From an uncultured Gemmatimonadales bacterium (GTDB taxonomy: Bacteria; Gemmatimonadota; Gemmatimonadetes; Longimicrobiales; Gaopeijiaceae), in assembly GCA_963823035.1 (NCBI GenBank), contig CAWGKG010000020.1, positions 32,001 to 96,000 on the forward strand: a DNA stretch of 64,000 nt, read 5' to 3'. Positions 11,454 through 21,328 of this stretch are shown here, in pieces. Position numbers and translations under genes: made by a program. The notes beneath the pieces are model-generated. The model did no database searches, was not told the DNA's origin, and saw only the letters and a list, made by a program, of their open reading frames with translations. Positions within the stretch are counted from its first letter, which is position 1; each line of letters begins with the position of its first letter.

Positions 11454-11729
11454 GGAATCGCCCGCCTGGGAGCGAGCATAGCTCTGCCGTTGTGTCGTCT
11501 GACTCAAGCCTGACTCCTGCAGTGGATCAAGGACTCTGATCCCGGAGCCCCCCAGTCCCGGGTCACCGCGGTGGACACGGTTGTGCCTGGGTATCTGCAA
11601 GAGTCGTTCACATTCGGGGTGTACCGGCACAAATGACCTTATCTCTTTGTATGGCAACGGGTTAGGTGTGATATATGTGATGGCGTGGATCGCGGTCGAG
11701 GCTTGGGTTTGTGGGCGGCGCGGAACGTT

Positions 11730-11747
11730 TGTGGTCCATTTGCCACA
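11730..11747. promoter_or_regulatory. Candidate enhancer (UAS) TGTGGTCCATTTGCCACA
   Basis: TGTGG-N8-CCACA palindrome. Similar 18-mers occur at 14641, 18330 and 21329. Confidence 0.55.
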
Positions 11748-11828
11748 ACGCTTCGGGTTCGCGGGCGAGGTCAAGGCTTGCCGCGTCGCAGGAACGTATC
11801 GACTCGGCGCCGATTGCGCAGCGGTGCT

Positions 11829-12905
11829 TCAGCGGGGTGCCGGCAGGTCCAGCGTGAAGGAGAAGCTCGTGCCCCAGTCGCCCGTGTCGATCTCGAGGTC
11901 CGAGCCCATCATGCGGACGATCCGGCGTGCGATGGACAGCCCGACGCCGCTACCCGAAAAGAAATGGCCCGTGCTGTAGAGCCGCTTCTTGAAAGGATTG
12001 AAGAGCTCACCCTGCCGCTCCTCCGAGATGCCCCTCCCGGTGTCGAGCACGTAGAACTCGACCTGCGTCGCGGAGTGTCGCTTCACCCCGATCTCCACCC
12101 ACCCCTCGTCCGTGAATTTCAGGGCGTTGGTGGTGAGGTTCAGGATCACGCGCCCCAGCGCGATGGGGTGGCCGTGCGCCCGATCGTACTCGGGAACGGC
12201 GATGCGGAGCTCGACGCCCTTCTCGTCGGCCATCGGCTGCACCATCTCCTGCACCCCGCGCACCATCTCCGAGAAGGAGTAGACCTCGGGTTCGGAGTCG
12301 ATGAGCCCGCGGCCCTCGCGGGCCAGGTCGATGACGTTGGACGCGAGCGACGCGAGGCCGAGCGCCGCGCTGTAGATCAGCCCGAGCTGGCTGCGCTGCT
12401 GGTCGTTGACCTCACCGCTGTGTCCGGTCCGGAGCGTCTCGGACAGGAAGAGGATCGAGGTGAGGGGCGAGCGCAGGTCGTGCGCGACCTCCACGAGCAA
12501 CTGGAGCGCGTCGGGCTGTGCGAGCCGGCCGGCCAGGCTCGTGAGGTCGTCCCCCAGGACGCGTTCCAGAAGCGCCTCGAGCGCGCGCACGACGGCGAGC
12601 GTCGAGGCGGATGCATCGGCGGGGACCTCCAGTTGGAGCACCGAGCCACGCAGCGCTCGGATCAGACGGGCGTCGAAGGTCGCGGGCTCGGGTCCGTCCT
12701 GCCACTCGTCCGCGGTGCCGGCGCCCAGGATGCGGTACGTTTCCCGGACCACGGCACGGAGGCCACCCACGGCCTCGACCCGCGCGTTCCCGGCGGCTTC
12801 CGCCGGGGCCGCGTGGAGCATCGCGAGGAGCCTCTCGGAGGCCTCCTCGAGGATCGCCTCCGGGGTCGGGGAGGCGCTGTGCACTTCGACCGCGTCTCGG
12901 GCCAT
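11829..12905 (-). CDS. Cytoplasmic sensor histidine kinase (HisKA + HATPase)
   Basis: H-box AHDLRSPL, N-box NLTTNALKFT, DTGRGI and GSGVGLSI. No obvious TM segment. Confidence 0.9.
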   Translation of the reverse strand: MARDAVEVHSASPTPEAILEEASERLLAMLHAAPAEAAGNARVEAVGGLRAVVRETYRILGAGTADEWQDGPEPATFDARLIRALRGSVLQLEVPADASASTLAVVRALEALLERVLGDDLTSLAGRLAQPDALQLLVEVAHDLRSPLTSILFLSETLRTGHSGEVNDQQRSQLGLIYSAALGLASLASNVIDLAREGRGLIDSEPEVYSFSEMVRGVQEMVQPMADEKGVELRIAVPEYDRAHGHPIALGRVILNLTTNALKFTDEGWVEIGVKRHSATQVEFYVLDTGRGISEERQGELFNPFKKRLYSTGHFFSGSGVGLSIARRIVRMMGSDLEIDTGDWGTSFSFTLDLPAPR

Positions 12906-14491
12906 CAGTGCATGGCGTCGCTGGCCACTTCCGCCTCGCGAATCAGGCGGTCGCGACGGGTGCCGTGCTTCTCCATCAGCCGGTAGAGGGTGGTCCGATC
13001 GACACCGGCGAGCTTGGCGGCGTCCGAGATGTTGCCGCCGGCCTGGCGCACCACGTGCCTCAGGTAGGCGGTCTCGAACTCTCCGACCACCTTCTCGCGG
13101 GCCGTGCGGTAGTCCAGGTCCATCACGCCGTCGCCGTAGAAGGGCGTCTGCTCATGCACCGTCTGCGGCTGGTCGTCGATGAACGGGATGTCGGAGGCCA
13201 GCACCTCGGCTCCGGGCGCGATCAGCACGGTGAGGTGCTCCACCACGTTCCGGAGCTCGCGTACGTTGCCGGGCCAGGGCGCCCGCCGGAGCGTTTCGAT
13301 GGCTTCCTTCGAGAAGCGCGGCGGTGGTGCCGACGGGTCCCGATGGGCGGCCCAGAACTCGCGCAGGAAGCGCTCCGCCATGAGCGGGATGTCGTCCTGG
13401 CGCTCCCTCAGAGGCGGGATGTGGATGGGTACGACGCGCAGGCGGTAGTGCAGGTCCTTGCGGAGCTGCCCGTCCTCGATCGCTTCGATGGGATCGCGGT
13501 TCGTGGCCGCGATGAAGCGCACGTTGACCACGGCGTCCGTCTTCACCGAGCCCACCCTGCGCACCACCCCGTCCTGGAGGACACGCAGCAGCTTCGCCTG
13601 CGTGGGAAGGGGCAGCTCGGTCAGCTCGTCGAGGAAGAGGGTGCCGCCGTTGGCCACCTCGAGCAGGCCCTGCTTCTCCCGGACGGCGCCGGTGAACGCC
13701 CCGGCCACGTGGCCGAACATCTCGGACTCGAGGAGCGTCTCGGGGATCGCCGCGCAGTTCACCGGAACGAGCTCGCGGCTGGCGCGGCGGCTGTGCCGGT
13801 GGATGAACTGCGCGATGACTTCCTTGCCGGTCCCGCTCTCGCCGGTGATGAAGACGGACGCATCCGTCTGCGCCACCTTCGTCGCGACGTCGAGCACCTG
13901 CCGGAACGCCTCGCTCTCGCCGAGCAGCGTCGGGCTGTGCGGGTCGACGACCGCGTCCTCGGTCTGAGCGATCGTGCGGCTCTCACGCGCCACGATGACC
14001 GCATGGGCCGCCCGCCCGACCAGGATCTGGAAATGGGTGGCCGAGAACGGCTTCGGCAGGTAGTCCCAGGCGCCCTCCCGAAGCGCCGTCACGCTCGACT
14101 CCACGCTCGGGTTGCCCGTCATGACGATCGCGACGGAGTCCGGGTGGACGTCGAGCGCAGCGCGCAGGATCTCCAGCCCGGACACCTGCGCCATGTAGAG
14201 GTCGAGCAGGAGGATGTCGAAGCGCTGGCGCTTGACCAGCCGGATGGCTTCGTCGCCCCGGCCGCACACGGTCACGTCGAAGCCCTCGGACGCCAGCAGG
14301 GAGGCGCAGCTCTCTCGCAGGGAATGCTCGTCGTCGACGATCAGGATCTCGATCGTCTTCCGCTGCTCGGCGTCGAGCTCGATCAATTCCCGTCCGGGGG
14401 AGGCCGGGAGCCGCGAGCTTCCTCCACCGTAGCCACGGCGGAGGGCCGCTTCCGCGTCGGGCCGTCCTGGCGTGCGGGGGGGGGCGCTCAT
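12905..14491 (-). CDS. Sigma-54-dependent response regulator (REC-AAA+-Fis HTH)
   Basis: Motifs ILIVDD, GESGTGKE, intact GAFTGA, FLDEL and WPGNVREL, with HTH AAKLAGVDRTTLYRLM. Confidence 0.95.
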   Translation of the reverse strand: MSAPPRTPGRPDAEAALRRGYGGGSSRLPASPGRELIELDAEQRKTIEILIVDDEHSLRESCASLLASEGFDVTVCGRGDEAIRLVKRQRFDILLLDLYMAQVSGLEILRAALDVHPDSVAIVMTGNPSVESSVTALREGAWDYLPKPFSATHFQILVGRAAHAVIVARESRTIAQTEDAVVDPHSPTLLGESEAFRQVLDVATKVAQTDASVFITGESGTGKEVIAQFIHRHSRRASRELVPVNCAAIPETLLESEMFGHVAGAFTGAVREKQGLLEVANGGTLFLDELTELPLPTQAKLLRVLQDGVVRRVGSVKTDAVVNVRFIAATNRDPIEAIEDGQLRKDLHYRLRVVPIHIPPLRERQDDIPLMAERFLREFWAAHRDPSAPPPRFSKEAIETLRRAPWPGNVRELRNVVEHLTVLIAPGAEVLASDIPFIDDQPQTVHEQTPFYGDGVMDLDYRTAREKVVGEFETAYLRHVVRQAGGNISDAAKLAGVDRTTLYRLMEKHGTRRDRLIREAEVASDAMH

Positions 14492-14640
14492 GAACACACC
14501 TCTTGTGGACGAGGCCAGATTTTCTGACTGTTGGCAAGATGGGGAATTCTCGCCAACGAGGCGAGGCTCCAAACTTCTCCGTACTGTTGCGACCACGCAA
14601 GTCTTTCGTTCAACGTGACAACGGTTGCGGCGCAACGAAG

Positions 14641-14658
14641 TGTGCGCCATCCGCAACA
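14641..14658. promoter_or_regulatory. Candidate UAS TGTGCGCCATCCGCAACA
   Basis: TGT-N12-ACA matching the sites at 11730 and 21329. Lies between the divergent activator and wzc genes. Confidence 0.5.
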
Positions 14659-14702
14659 GCGTTTCCGTGGGTTGTTCCGCCCCCACCTCAGAGATTCAAC
14701 CG

Positions 14703-17177
14703 ATGGCTGACGATAAACTCATCCCCACTGGCGCCCAGGGTTCAGACGAAGCGCCTCTGGTGGGGGCAGGTCCCATGGGCATGCCCGCGGGGTGGGGAGG
14801 GGTGGCTCCTCTCGCGATGGAGGAACCCGAAGAGGAGAGCGTCGACCTACGGCGGTACCTCGTCGCGGTATGGCGGCGGAAGTGGCTGCTCGCCATCGCG
14901 CTCGTGATCGGTCTCGGGATCGCGGCGTTCCTCTGGACGCACGTCCAGGTCCAGTACACGGCGGTGGGCAACCTGTGGATCCAGAAGGACGGCGGCGGCG
15001 GCGAGTCGGTCGAGCTCCGGCGACGTGGAGCCGATCCGGCAGAGCGGCCTCTTCTCGGCCAACGCCTGGATCGAGCTGCTCCGGTCCTACGCCGTGCTGG
15101 ACTCCGTGGTGATCAAGGAGCACATGTACCTGACGGCGCCGCCCAAGTACGAGCAGGCCTTCTCTACGTTCGAGCTCCAGACGCGCTTCGCGCCCGGAGA
15201 CTTCCGCCTCACCCTCGCCGACGACGGCCGTGGCTACACGCTGTCGAGCGGCGACGGGGCCTTCATCGAGAGTGGCACCGTTGGGCGACTCGATCGGCAC
15301 GCAGGTCGGTTTCCGGTGGGCCCCTCGGCCGGGGTCGTTCCCGGCCGGCGTCAAGGTGGACTTCACCCTCGTTCCGCCTCGCGAGGCGTCCACCGCGTTG
15401 TCCAACCGCGTGGCTACCGCGCATGGACAAGGACGGCAACTTCATCGGCCTTTCCCTGCGCGGAACGAATCCCCAGAAGATCGCCTCGGTCCTGAACGCG
15501 ATCATGGACCGGCACGTGGCGATCGCGGCGGACCTGTCGAAGCGAAAGCTCGACGAGGTGGTGTCCATCCTCGATGAGCAGCTCAAGTACGCCCAGGACG
15601 AGCTGGAGAGCGCCGAGCGGCAGCTCGAGAGCTTCCGGGTCGCCACCATCACCCTCCCCTCGGACAACGCGACACCGATCGCACCCGGGCTGGAGCAGAC
15701 GCGCGATCCCGTGTTCGGGAACTTCTTCCAGATGAAGGTGGACGTCGGTCAGATCGCGCGGGACCGGGAACGCCTCCAGAGCATCGCCGATACTCTTGCC
15801 CAGGGGACCATGAGTCTCGAGGCGCTCCAGGGGGTCGCGGCTGCGACCTCGTCCCTCGAGCTCTCGCGCGTGCTCCAGGAGCTGGTGGACGCGCGCGCTC
15901 AATTGCGTGCCCTGCGCGACCGCTACTCGGACGACTACCCACCCGTCCAGGACCAGCTCACCCGCATCCACACGATCGAGACCGAGGCCGTGCCCCGGGT
16001 ACTGACGAGCATCCTGTCCGAGCTGAGCACCAGGCAGCGGAGCCTTCAGGCGAGGATCGACTCCGCCTCGGCGGAGCTGGCGGCCATCCCGCCGCGCACC
16101 ATCGAGGAGGCCCGCCTCCGGCGGCGGGTGGCCATCCAGGAGACGCTCTACAACGAGCTGCGCCAGCGCGTGGAGACGGCGAGGCTCGCGTCGGCCAGCT
16201 CGATCCCGGACGTGACGATCCTCGACCGGGCTTCGGTGCCGCACACGCCGAGCGACGACTCGAGACTCCCCCTGGCGGCGATGGCCATCTTCGGGCCGTT
16301 GGCCGTGGCCGTTCTGCTGGCGATCCTGATGGACCGCGCGGACCCGCGCTTCCAGTACCCGTCCCAGGTGAGCCGCGAGATCGGCCTCGACATCCTGGGG
16401 AGCATCCCACGGATCGGAAACGGAGACGGGTCGGCCGGGGAGGACAACGCGCAACACGTCCTGGAGGCGTTCCGGGAGCTGCGCCTGACGATCGGCTTCG
16501 CGTTCGGTTCGGCGGGGCCCCTCACGCTCGCGATCACCAGCCCCGCGCAGGGGGAGGGGAAATCGCTCATCTCGACGAACCTGGCGGTGGCCTACGCGGA
16601 GATGGGGCGGCGCACGCTCCTCATCGACGGCGACACCCGGCGGGGTGACGCGCACAGGCTGCTCGCCCGGCAGCGCGCGCCGGGCCTCACGGACTACCTG
16701 CGCGGGAACGTGCAGATGGACATCATCCAACACACGGAGTACGAGCGGCTGCACTTCATCGGCTCGGGCACGCGCAGCGGCACCACGCCGGAGCTGCTGG
16801 CGTCGTCGAGGATGTCCACCTTCCTGGGGACCCTGAAGCGCTCCTACGACGTCATCATCATCGACACCCCGCCGCTCGCGGCCGGGGGAGACGCGGTCCT
16901 GCTCGGGGCGCTCACGGGCAACCTCGCTCTGATCATCCGGACCGGCTCGACGGACAAGCTGCTCACGCTCGCGAAGATGGAGCCCCTGACGCGCCTGCCC
17001 ATCCGGCTCCTGGGTGCGATCCTCAACGACGTGGAGCCGAAGGGGTCGGGCTACAGCTACTACTCGTCCTACCTGCCGGGATACGAGCCCGGGCACGAGG
17101 AGGAGGAGCTGGACGAACGGGGTGTGGCCCGGTCCCCGCTGCTCGCGGAGGCAGGCGGAGGCGATCAGGCGCCGTAG
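14703..17177 (+). CDS. wzc: Polysaccharide co-polymerase/tyrosine autokinase (Wzc-like), frameshifts near 15000-15420
   Basis: Wzz-like N-terminus DLRRYL..RRKWL, coiled coil, EAFRELR, Walker A GEGKS, IIDTPP and Tyr cluster GYSYYSSY. Confidence 0.9.
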   Translation: MADDKLIPTGAQGSDEAPLVGAGPMGMPAGWGGVAPLAMEEPEEESVDLRRYLVAVWRRKWLLAIALVIGLGIAAFLWTHVQVQYTAVGNLWIQKDGGGGESVELRRRGADPAERPLLGQRLDRAAPVLRRAGLRGDQGAHVPDGAAQVRAGLLYVRAPDALRARRLPPHPRRRRPWLHAVERRRGLHREWHRWATRSARRSVSGGPLGRGRSRPASRWTSPSFRLARRPPRCPTAWLPRMDKDGNFIGLSLRGTNPQKIASVLNAIMDRHVAIAADLSKRKLDEVVSILDEQLKYAQDELESAERQLESFRVATITLPSDNATPIAPGLEQTRDPVFGNFFQMKVDVGQIARDRERLQSIADTLAQGTMSLEALQGVAAATSSLELSRVLQELVDARAQLRALRDRYSDDYPPVQDQLTRIHTIETEAVPRVLTSILSELSTRQRSLQARIDSASAELAAIPPRTIEEARLRRRVAIQETLYNELRQRVETARLASASSIPDVTILDRASVPHTPSDDSRLPLAAMAIFGPLAVAVLLAILMDRADPRFQYPSQVSREIGLDILGSIPRIGNGDGSAGEDNAQHVLEAFRELRLTIGFAFGSAGPLTLAITSPAQGEGKSLISTNLAVAYAEMGRRTLLIDGDTRRGDAHRLLARQRAPGLTDYLRGNVQMDIIQHTEYERLHFIGSGTRSGTTPELLASSRMSTFLGTLKRSYDVIIIDTPPLAAGGDAVLLGALTGNLALIIRTGSTDKLLTLAKMEPLTRLPIRLLGAILNDVEPKGSGYSYYSSYLPGYEPGHEEEELDERGVARSPLLAEAGGGDQAP

Positions 17178-18094
17178 GCGCGTACCGGGAAGCCCCCTTC
17201 ATCGACCTGGGCCCGCCGGAGCGCCATCGTGGCCTTGAAGAGGAGATCCTCCGGGTTGACCGGCTCGGTGGCGGCCGTGGCGTAGAAGCCGGCGCGCAGG
17301 CGGAACTCGTCCGCCACGAGGCCCGCGGCTCCTGATCCCTCCGGCGTCTCCCGGACGAGGCGCAGCACGCGATCCGCCAGCCGGACCGCACCGTCGCGGT
17401 CCGTGCCCGGAGCGACGATCACGAACTCGCCCGAGGCCAGGCGGCCGACCGTGTCGGAGCCCCGCGTCACGGACTTGAGGGCGCGTGCGATGCCCTCGGC
17501 GAAGGGATCGGAGGATGCCTGAGCCGCCTCCTCCGCGACCGCACGGTTCAGCCACTCCGGCCCGAAAGCGATGCACGCGAGGGGGCGCTCGAAGCGGATC
17601 GCGTCCGCGCTCATCTCGTGGGCTCGCCGGAGCAGTCCGCGGGCGTTGTAGAAGCCCGTGCCCGGGTCGGTGAGCCCCTCCTCCCGAATCCGGTCGGCTT
17701 CCTGCTTGGCCCGCACCAGCGTCTCGACCCGTAGCACCAACTCGCCGGGGTCCACCGGGTGGCGCAGGATGTCCCAGGCGCCCGCGCCGAAGGCCTCCAT
17801 GCGTTCGGCCCTGCCCACGCTGGATGCGGAGATCATGAGCAGGGGCGTGACCGAGTGGACCGTCGGCGCTCGCCGAAGCTCCCGGGCGACCTCGATGCCG
17901 TCGAGATCCGGCAGATGGAAGTCGACGATCATCGCGTCGGGACTGACCTTCTGCACCAGATCGAGGGCCTGGCGCCCGGTATAGGCCTTCAAGACAACAT
18001 GACCCTTCGGCCGCAGGATGCTCTCGATGGAGCGAGACGTCCACTCCTGGTCATCGACGAGCAGGACCAGCGGCGTAAGGGAAGGCAGGTCCAT
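17165..18094 (-). CDS. Response regulator with degenerate GGDEF domain
   Basis: REC motifs VLLVDD and DFHLPDLDG, then TDPGTGFYNAR. The signature reads GRLASGEF rather than GGDEF. Confidence 0.85.
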   Translation of the reverse strand: MDLPSLTPLVLLVDDQEWTSRSIESILRPKGHVVLKAYTGRQALDLVQKVSPDAMIVDFHLPDLDGIEVARELRRAPTVHSVTPLLMISASSVGRAERMEAFGAGAWDILRHPVDPGELVLRVETLVRAKQEADRIREEGLTDPGTGFYNARGLLRRAHEMSADAIRFERPLACIAFGPEWLNRAVAEEAAQASSDPFAEGIARALKSVTRGSDTVGRLASGEFVIVAPGTDRDGAVRLADRVLRLVRETPEGSGAAGLVADEFRLRAGFYATAATEPVNPEDLLFKATMALRRAQVDEGGFPVRAYGA

Positions 18095-18329
18095 GGTTGC
18101 TCCCACAGGCAGGCTCTTGGATGCGGAGCGTCCACTTGGCAAGGCGCGTCTCCGTCTGTACGGGGGAAGCCACCGGCAGTGTTGCAAGTTTCATGCGAGG
18201 GGCTGAAGGGACATTCATGGAGAGGTGGCCTCGCGCACAACGACAAGATACGTAAACACTTGCGGCGCTGGAAGCCCCGGCGGAGCGGCTCCGGGAGCCG
18301 CTCGAATGTCGTGCAAACCGTGCGTGCCG

Positions 18330-18347
18330 TGTAGCAAGTCCGCGACC
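18330..18347. promoter_or_regulatory. Candidate UAS TGTAGCAAGTCCGCGACC
   Basis: 14/18 identical to the 21329 site. Confidence 0.4.
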
Positions 18348-18404
18348 GAGCGGCCACGACTCCGTGACTGTACGACCCCCGCCGATGAGAGTACCTTGGA
18401 TACC

Positions 18405-19272
18405 ATGATCCTTCCCTCCAGGGCATGGGCCCTTCTGCTGTTCCTGCTGCTGTCGGCGGTCCCGGCGGGCCTGTCCGCGCAGATCCCCGTCGAGTTGGGC
18501 GCCAGTGGTGCCGAGCTCTCTCGGGCGAACCTGACCCAGCTCCTGCAGGAGTACGAAGCCGCCGCGACGTCCTCGGCGTACTCCGGCGGGATCAGGGACG
18601 CCGCCCGGACGCGCGCCGCGCATGATCCGCGAGCGGCTCGAGAACGGCGACTTCAGGGCCGGCGACCGCGTCGCGCTCTTCGTCCAGGGCGAGCCCAACC
18701 TCCCCGACACCGTACTGGTGGAGCCGGGGCCGCAGATCACCCTGCCGCTGTTCGGCTCGATCTCGCTCGCCGGCGTGCTGCGCTCGGAGATCCAGGAGCA
18801 CCTCACGCGCGAGCTGGGCAAGATCATCCACGACCCCGTCGTGCGCGCGCAGGGACTCATGCGGCTCTCGATCCAGGGCTCGGTGGGAAGGCCGGGCTTC
18901 TACGTGGTCCCTGCGGACGTGTTGGTGGGCGACGTCCTGATGATCGCCGGTGGGCTGTCCGGGGACGCGAAACTGGACAAGCTGAGGATCGAGCGTGGAT
19001 CCCGCCGCATCCTCGAGGGTGAGGGCATGCAGGAAGCCCTGCTCCAGGGGCGGACGCTCGACCAGCTGAACCTGCAGGCGGGGGATCAGATCGTCCTGCC
19101 GAAGAAGGGCGGCAGCATCACCGGACAGGTCCTCCGCTACGGGATCGTCATCACTGAGCTCGGTCTCCTCGCTGGAGCGTTCGCCTCACGGCGGCTGAAG
19201 CCCCTCAGGACGCCGAAGAAGCTCCGTCTCCGTCCGCCTCCCGCTCGGCCTGAGCCATGGCTTGCCGGATGA
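18405..19272 (+). CDS. Polysaccharide export/SLBB domain protein (Wza-like), frameshift near 18620; true stop may lie near 19198
   Basis: Signal peptide, then FRAGDRV, ITLPLFGSISLAG, GSVGRPGFY and LQAGDQIVLP. Confidence 0.75.
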
Positions 19273-20173
19273 GCTCGAGCAGCTCGTCCGACGAGAACGG
19301 CTTGCGTAGCACGAACCGGGCGTCGTTCAGCGCCCCGGACAGGATCGGGTCCTCTTCCGCGTAGCCGGTCGTGTAGATGACCGTCATCTCGGGGTGCTCC
19401 TCCAGAAGCGCCTGAGCGAGCGTCGCGCCCCAACCGTCCGGGAGGTTGATGTCCATCAGCAGGACATCGATCGGGTCGCGGTAGATCTCGATCAGCCGGC
19501 CGGCTTCCTCGGCCGATCCCGCCTCGAGCACCTGGAAGCCGCGCCTGCGCATGAGCGTCGAGAACGAGCCACGGATCCCGGGCTCGTCGTCCACGAAGAA
19601 GACGACCGGCGCGCGGCCGGCGTTCACGGCGCGACCCTCGCTCATGACCGCGTCGCCTCCGGACGCGGCGACGATTCCCCTGGGGGCATCGGCCGCAGCC
19701 CTCGAGGGGGCCTCGTCCATCAGCGCGCCGGTCTTCCATGAGCCGATGCCCAGGGAGAGCAGCACCAGGAAGGCCGTGAAGTGCTTCGCCTCGGAGATCG
19801 CCGCGCCCGCGATGAAGGCCGACAGGCTGTCCGGCGGGCGCATCGCGCGCATCTGCACCACGTCCAGGGCGAACATGCCCATCACGAGGACCAGGACCAA
19901 CGCGCCCAGCAACTCGAGCGAGGCGATCGCCCGGAGCGTCACGCGGCTTCTGCGCCCGTAGGCCACGAAGGTCGCGAGCACGAGCCCGAGGATCGGCGTG
20001 TGGAGGAACCCCGCGAGGATTCCCCCGAAACCGTAACGCCACCGCACATCCCCGGGCCGAAAGGGCATCGTGTTGGTCAACAGGTCGACGGCCGGCCAGA
20101 AGATCAGGATGAACGCGAAGAGATACAGGCCACGAACGACCCAACCTGAAATGTCGGTCTTGGACAATCGCAT
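19205..20173 (-). CDS. 4-TM membrane protein read in-frame into a receiver domain (internal start at 19645); may be two genes
   Basis: Hydrophobic N-terminal half, then VFFVDDEP, LLMDINLPDG, TTGY and LRKPF. GGAGG precedes the internal ATG. Confidence 0.7.
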   Translation of the reverse strand: MRLSKTDISGWVVRGLYLFAFILIFWPAVDLLTNTMPFRPGDVRWRYGFGGILAGFLHTPILGLVLATFVAYGRRSRVTLRAIASLELLGALVLVLVMGMFALDVVQMRAMRPPDSLSAFIAGAAISEAKHFTAFLVLLSLGIGSWKTGALMDEAPSRAAADAPRGIVAASGGDAVMSEGRAVNAGRAPVVFFVDDEPGIRGSFSTLMRRRGFQVLEAGSAEEAGRLIEIYRDPIDVLLMDINLPDGWGATLAQALLEEHPEMTVIYTTGYAEEDPILSGALNDARFVLRKPFSSDELLELIRQAMAQAEREADGDGASSAS

Positions 20174-20232
20174 GGTGGACAATCTGGGGTCCGTGCCTGC
20201 TTCCCCGCAAAGGTTGCGAACCGCGTCACCTC

Positions 20233-20275
20233 AAAAGACAAGGAGTGCGGGCCGGCTTGCACCGACCCGCACTCC
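20233..20275 (-). terminator. Intrinsic terminator after the PEP-CTERM gene
   Basis: GGAGTGCGGG/CCCGCACTCC stem followed by TTGTCTTTT on the minus strand. Confidence 0.7.
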
Positions 20276-20311
20276 CGAGTTTCGTACCTGCGTGACCCGG
20301 GCTTGATGCGA

Positions 20312-21097
20312 TCAGACGTCGCTGATCTCCCGGATCTGCTTCCGGCGAGCCATGGCGAACAGGAAGAGCATGCCCGTCGCGAGGAGCACATAGGTCTCCG
20401 GCTCGGGCGTCACCGTGGTGCCCGGGGTGCGCACGAGCATCTCCTGCGCCGAATACCGGCTGTCCTTGTCGACCGGGGTCAGGATCGACCACTCGGCCAT
20501 GTCCAGGCCACCGAAGCTCGAAGCGCTCATGAGCGCGGCATAGGCCAGGAACGGATTTGCGAGACCGGTCGCCACCGCGTTCGTGGGCGACACTCCGCCA
20601 CTCGTCAGCTTCCAGATGGCAGCGTGGATCCCGGACCACATGTAGGTCTTGTCGCTCACGTGGCTCGCGAAGTAGCTCCCGAACGTGTGGGTCGCCGCGC
20701 CGTCGTACGAGACGGACGACAGCAGGTCCCACGAATCGAAGAGCGAGGCCAGATAGGCCACCTGCGAGTACGTGGCGAGGCCGGCGTTTCCGAGCCTCGT
20801 CTGGGAGAGGTCTCCGCCGCCGATGTTGGACTCGTTGATCGTCCACACCTCGCCGCGGCTCACTTCGTGCGCGAAGTCGATGCAGTACATCGTGAACATC
20901 GGTTGCGTCGGGTCCGACACGAGCTGGCCCGTGTACGGGCCGAGGTAGACGCCGCCCCAGGCCGCCACGACCGCGTCGGCGGTGCCGACCATCTTGATCT
21001 GGTCGCCGTCCTGGAAGGTGACGTCGTCTTGGGCGCGGACGTGGCCCGGTAGGGCCAGTATCGCCAACGCCGCTGCGTAGAAGACAAACCGCTTCAT
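20312..21097 (-). CDS. PEP-CTERM surface protein with thioester-domain-like motifs
   Basis: Signal peptide, MYCIDF, IHAAIW and AQEML. C-terminal VTPEPETY, a TM helix and RRK. Confidence 0.9.
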   Translation of the reverse strand: MKRFVFYAAALAILALPGHVRAQDDVTFQDGDQIKMVGTADAVVAAWGGVYLGPYTGQLVSDPTQPMFTMYCIDFAHEVSRGEVWTINESNIGGGDLSQTRLGNAGLATYSQVAYLASLFDSWDLLSSVSYDGAATHTFGSYFASHVSDKTYMWSGIHAAIWKLTSGGVSPTNAVATGLANPFLAYAALMSASSFGGLDMAEWSILTPVDKDSRYSAQEMLVRTPGTTVTPEPETYVLLATGMLFLFAMARRKQIREISDV

Positions 21098-21155
21098 GAA
21101 ACTCACGTCCGGGTTTGGGGGGGAGCCCGAGGTACAGTACTTCACGGAATCTGTC

Positions 21156-21171
21156 TGCAAGGCGTATGCCC
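21156..21171 (-). promoter_or_regulatory. Sigma-54 (-24/-12) promoter of the PEP-CTERM gene
   Basis: Minus strand GGGCAT-ACGCC-TTGCA matches TGGCAC-N5-TTGCW with correct GG/GC spacing. Confidence 0.75.
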
Positions 21172-21231
21172 TCCCGGGCCACCCCGTGCGGGTGGGTAGC
21201 ACAGAGGCGTTTCGGCGGGGAGTGAGAGGTC

Positions 21232-21244
21232 CATCAAAGCGTTG
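21232..21244. promoter_or_regulatory. IHF-like site
   Basis: CATCAAAGCGTTG versus WATCAANNNNTTR, lying between the sigma-54 site and the candidate UAS. Confidence 0.5.
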
Positions 21245-21328
21245 TGGCACATGCAGATGGCACCCTTCGCCCTCCTGGCCGTCGGCACCCACTCGTGCTC
21301 GACGCGATTCATGGCACGGGTTCGCATT

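Noticed and set aside
21312..21327. Plus-strand sigma-54 promoter TGGCACGGGTTCGCA for sat
   Set aside because: The GG-to-GC spacing is one base short of the strict -24/-12 requirement.
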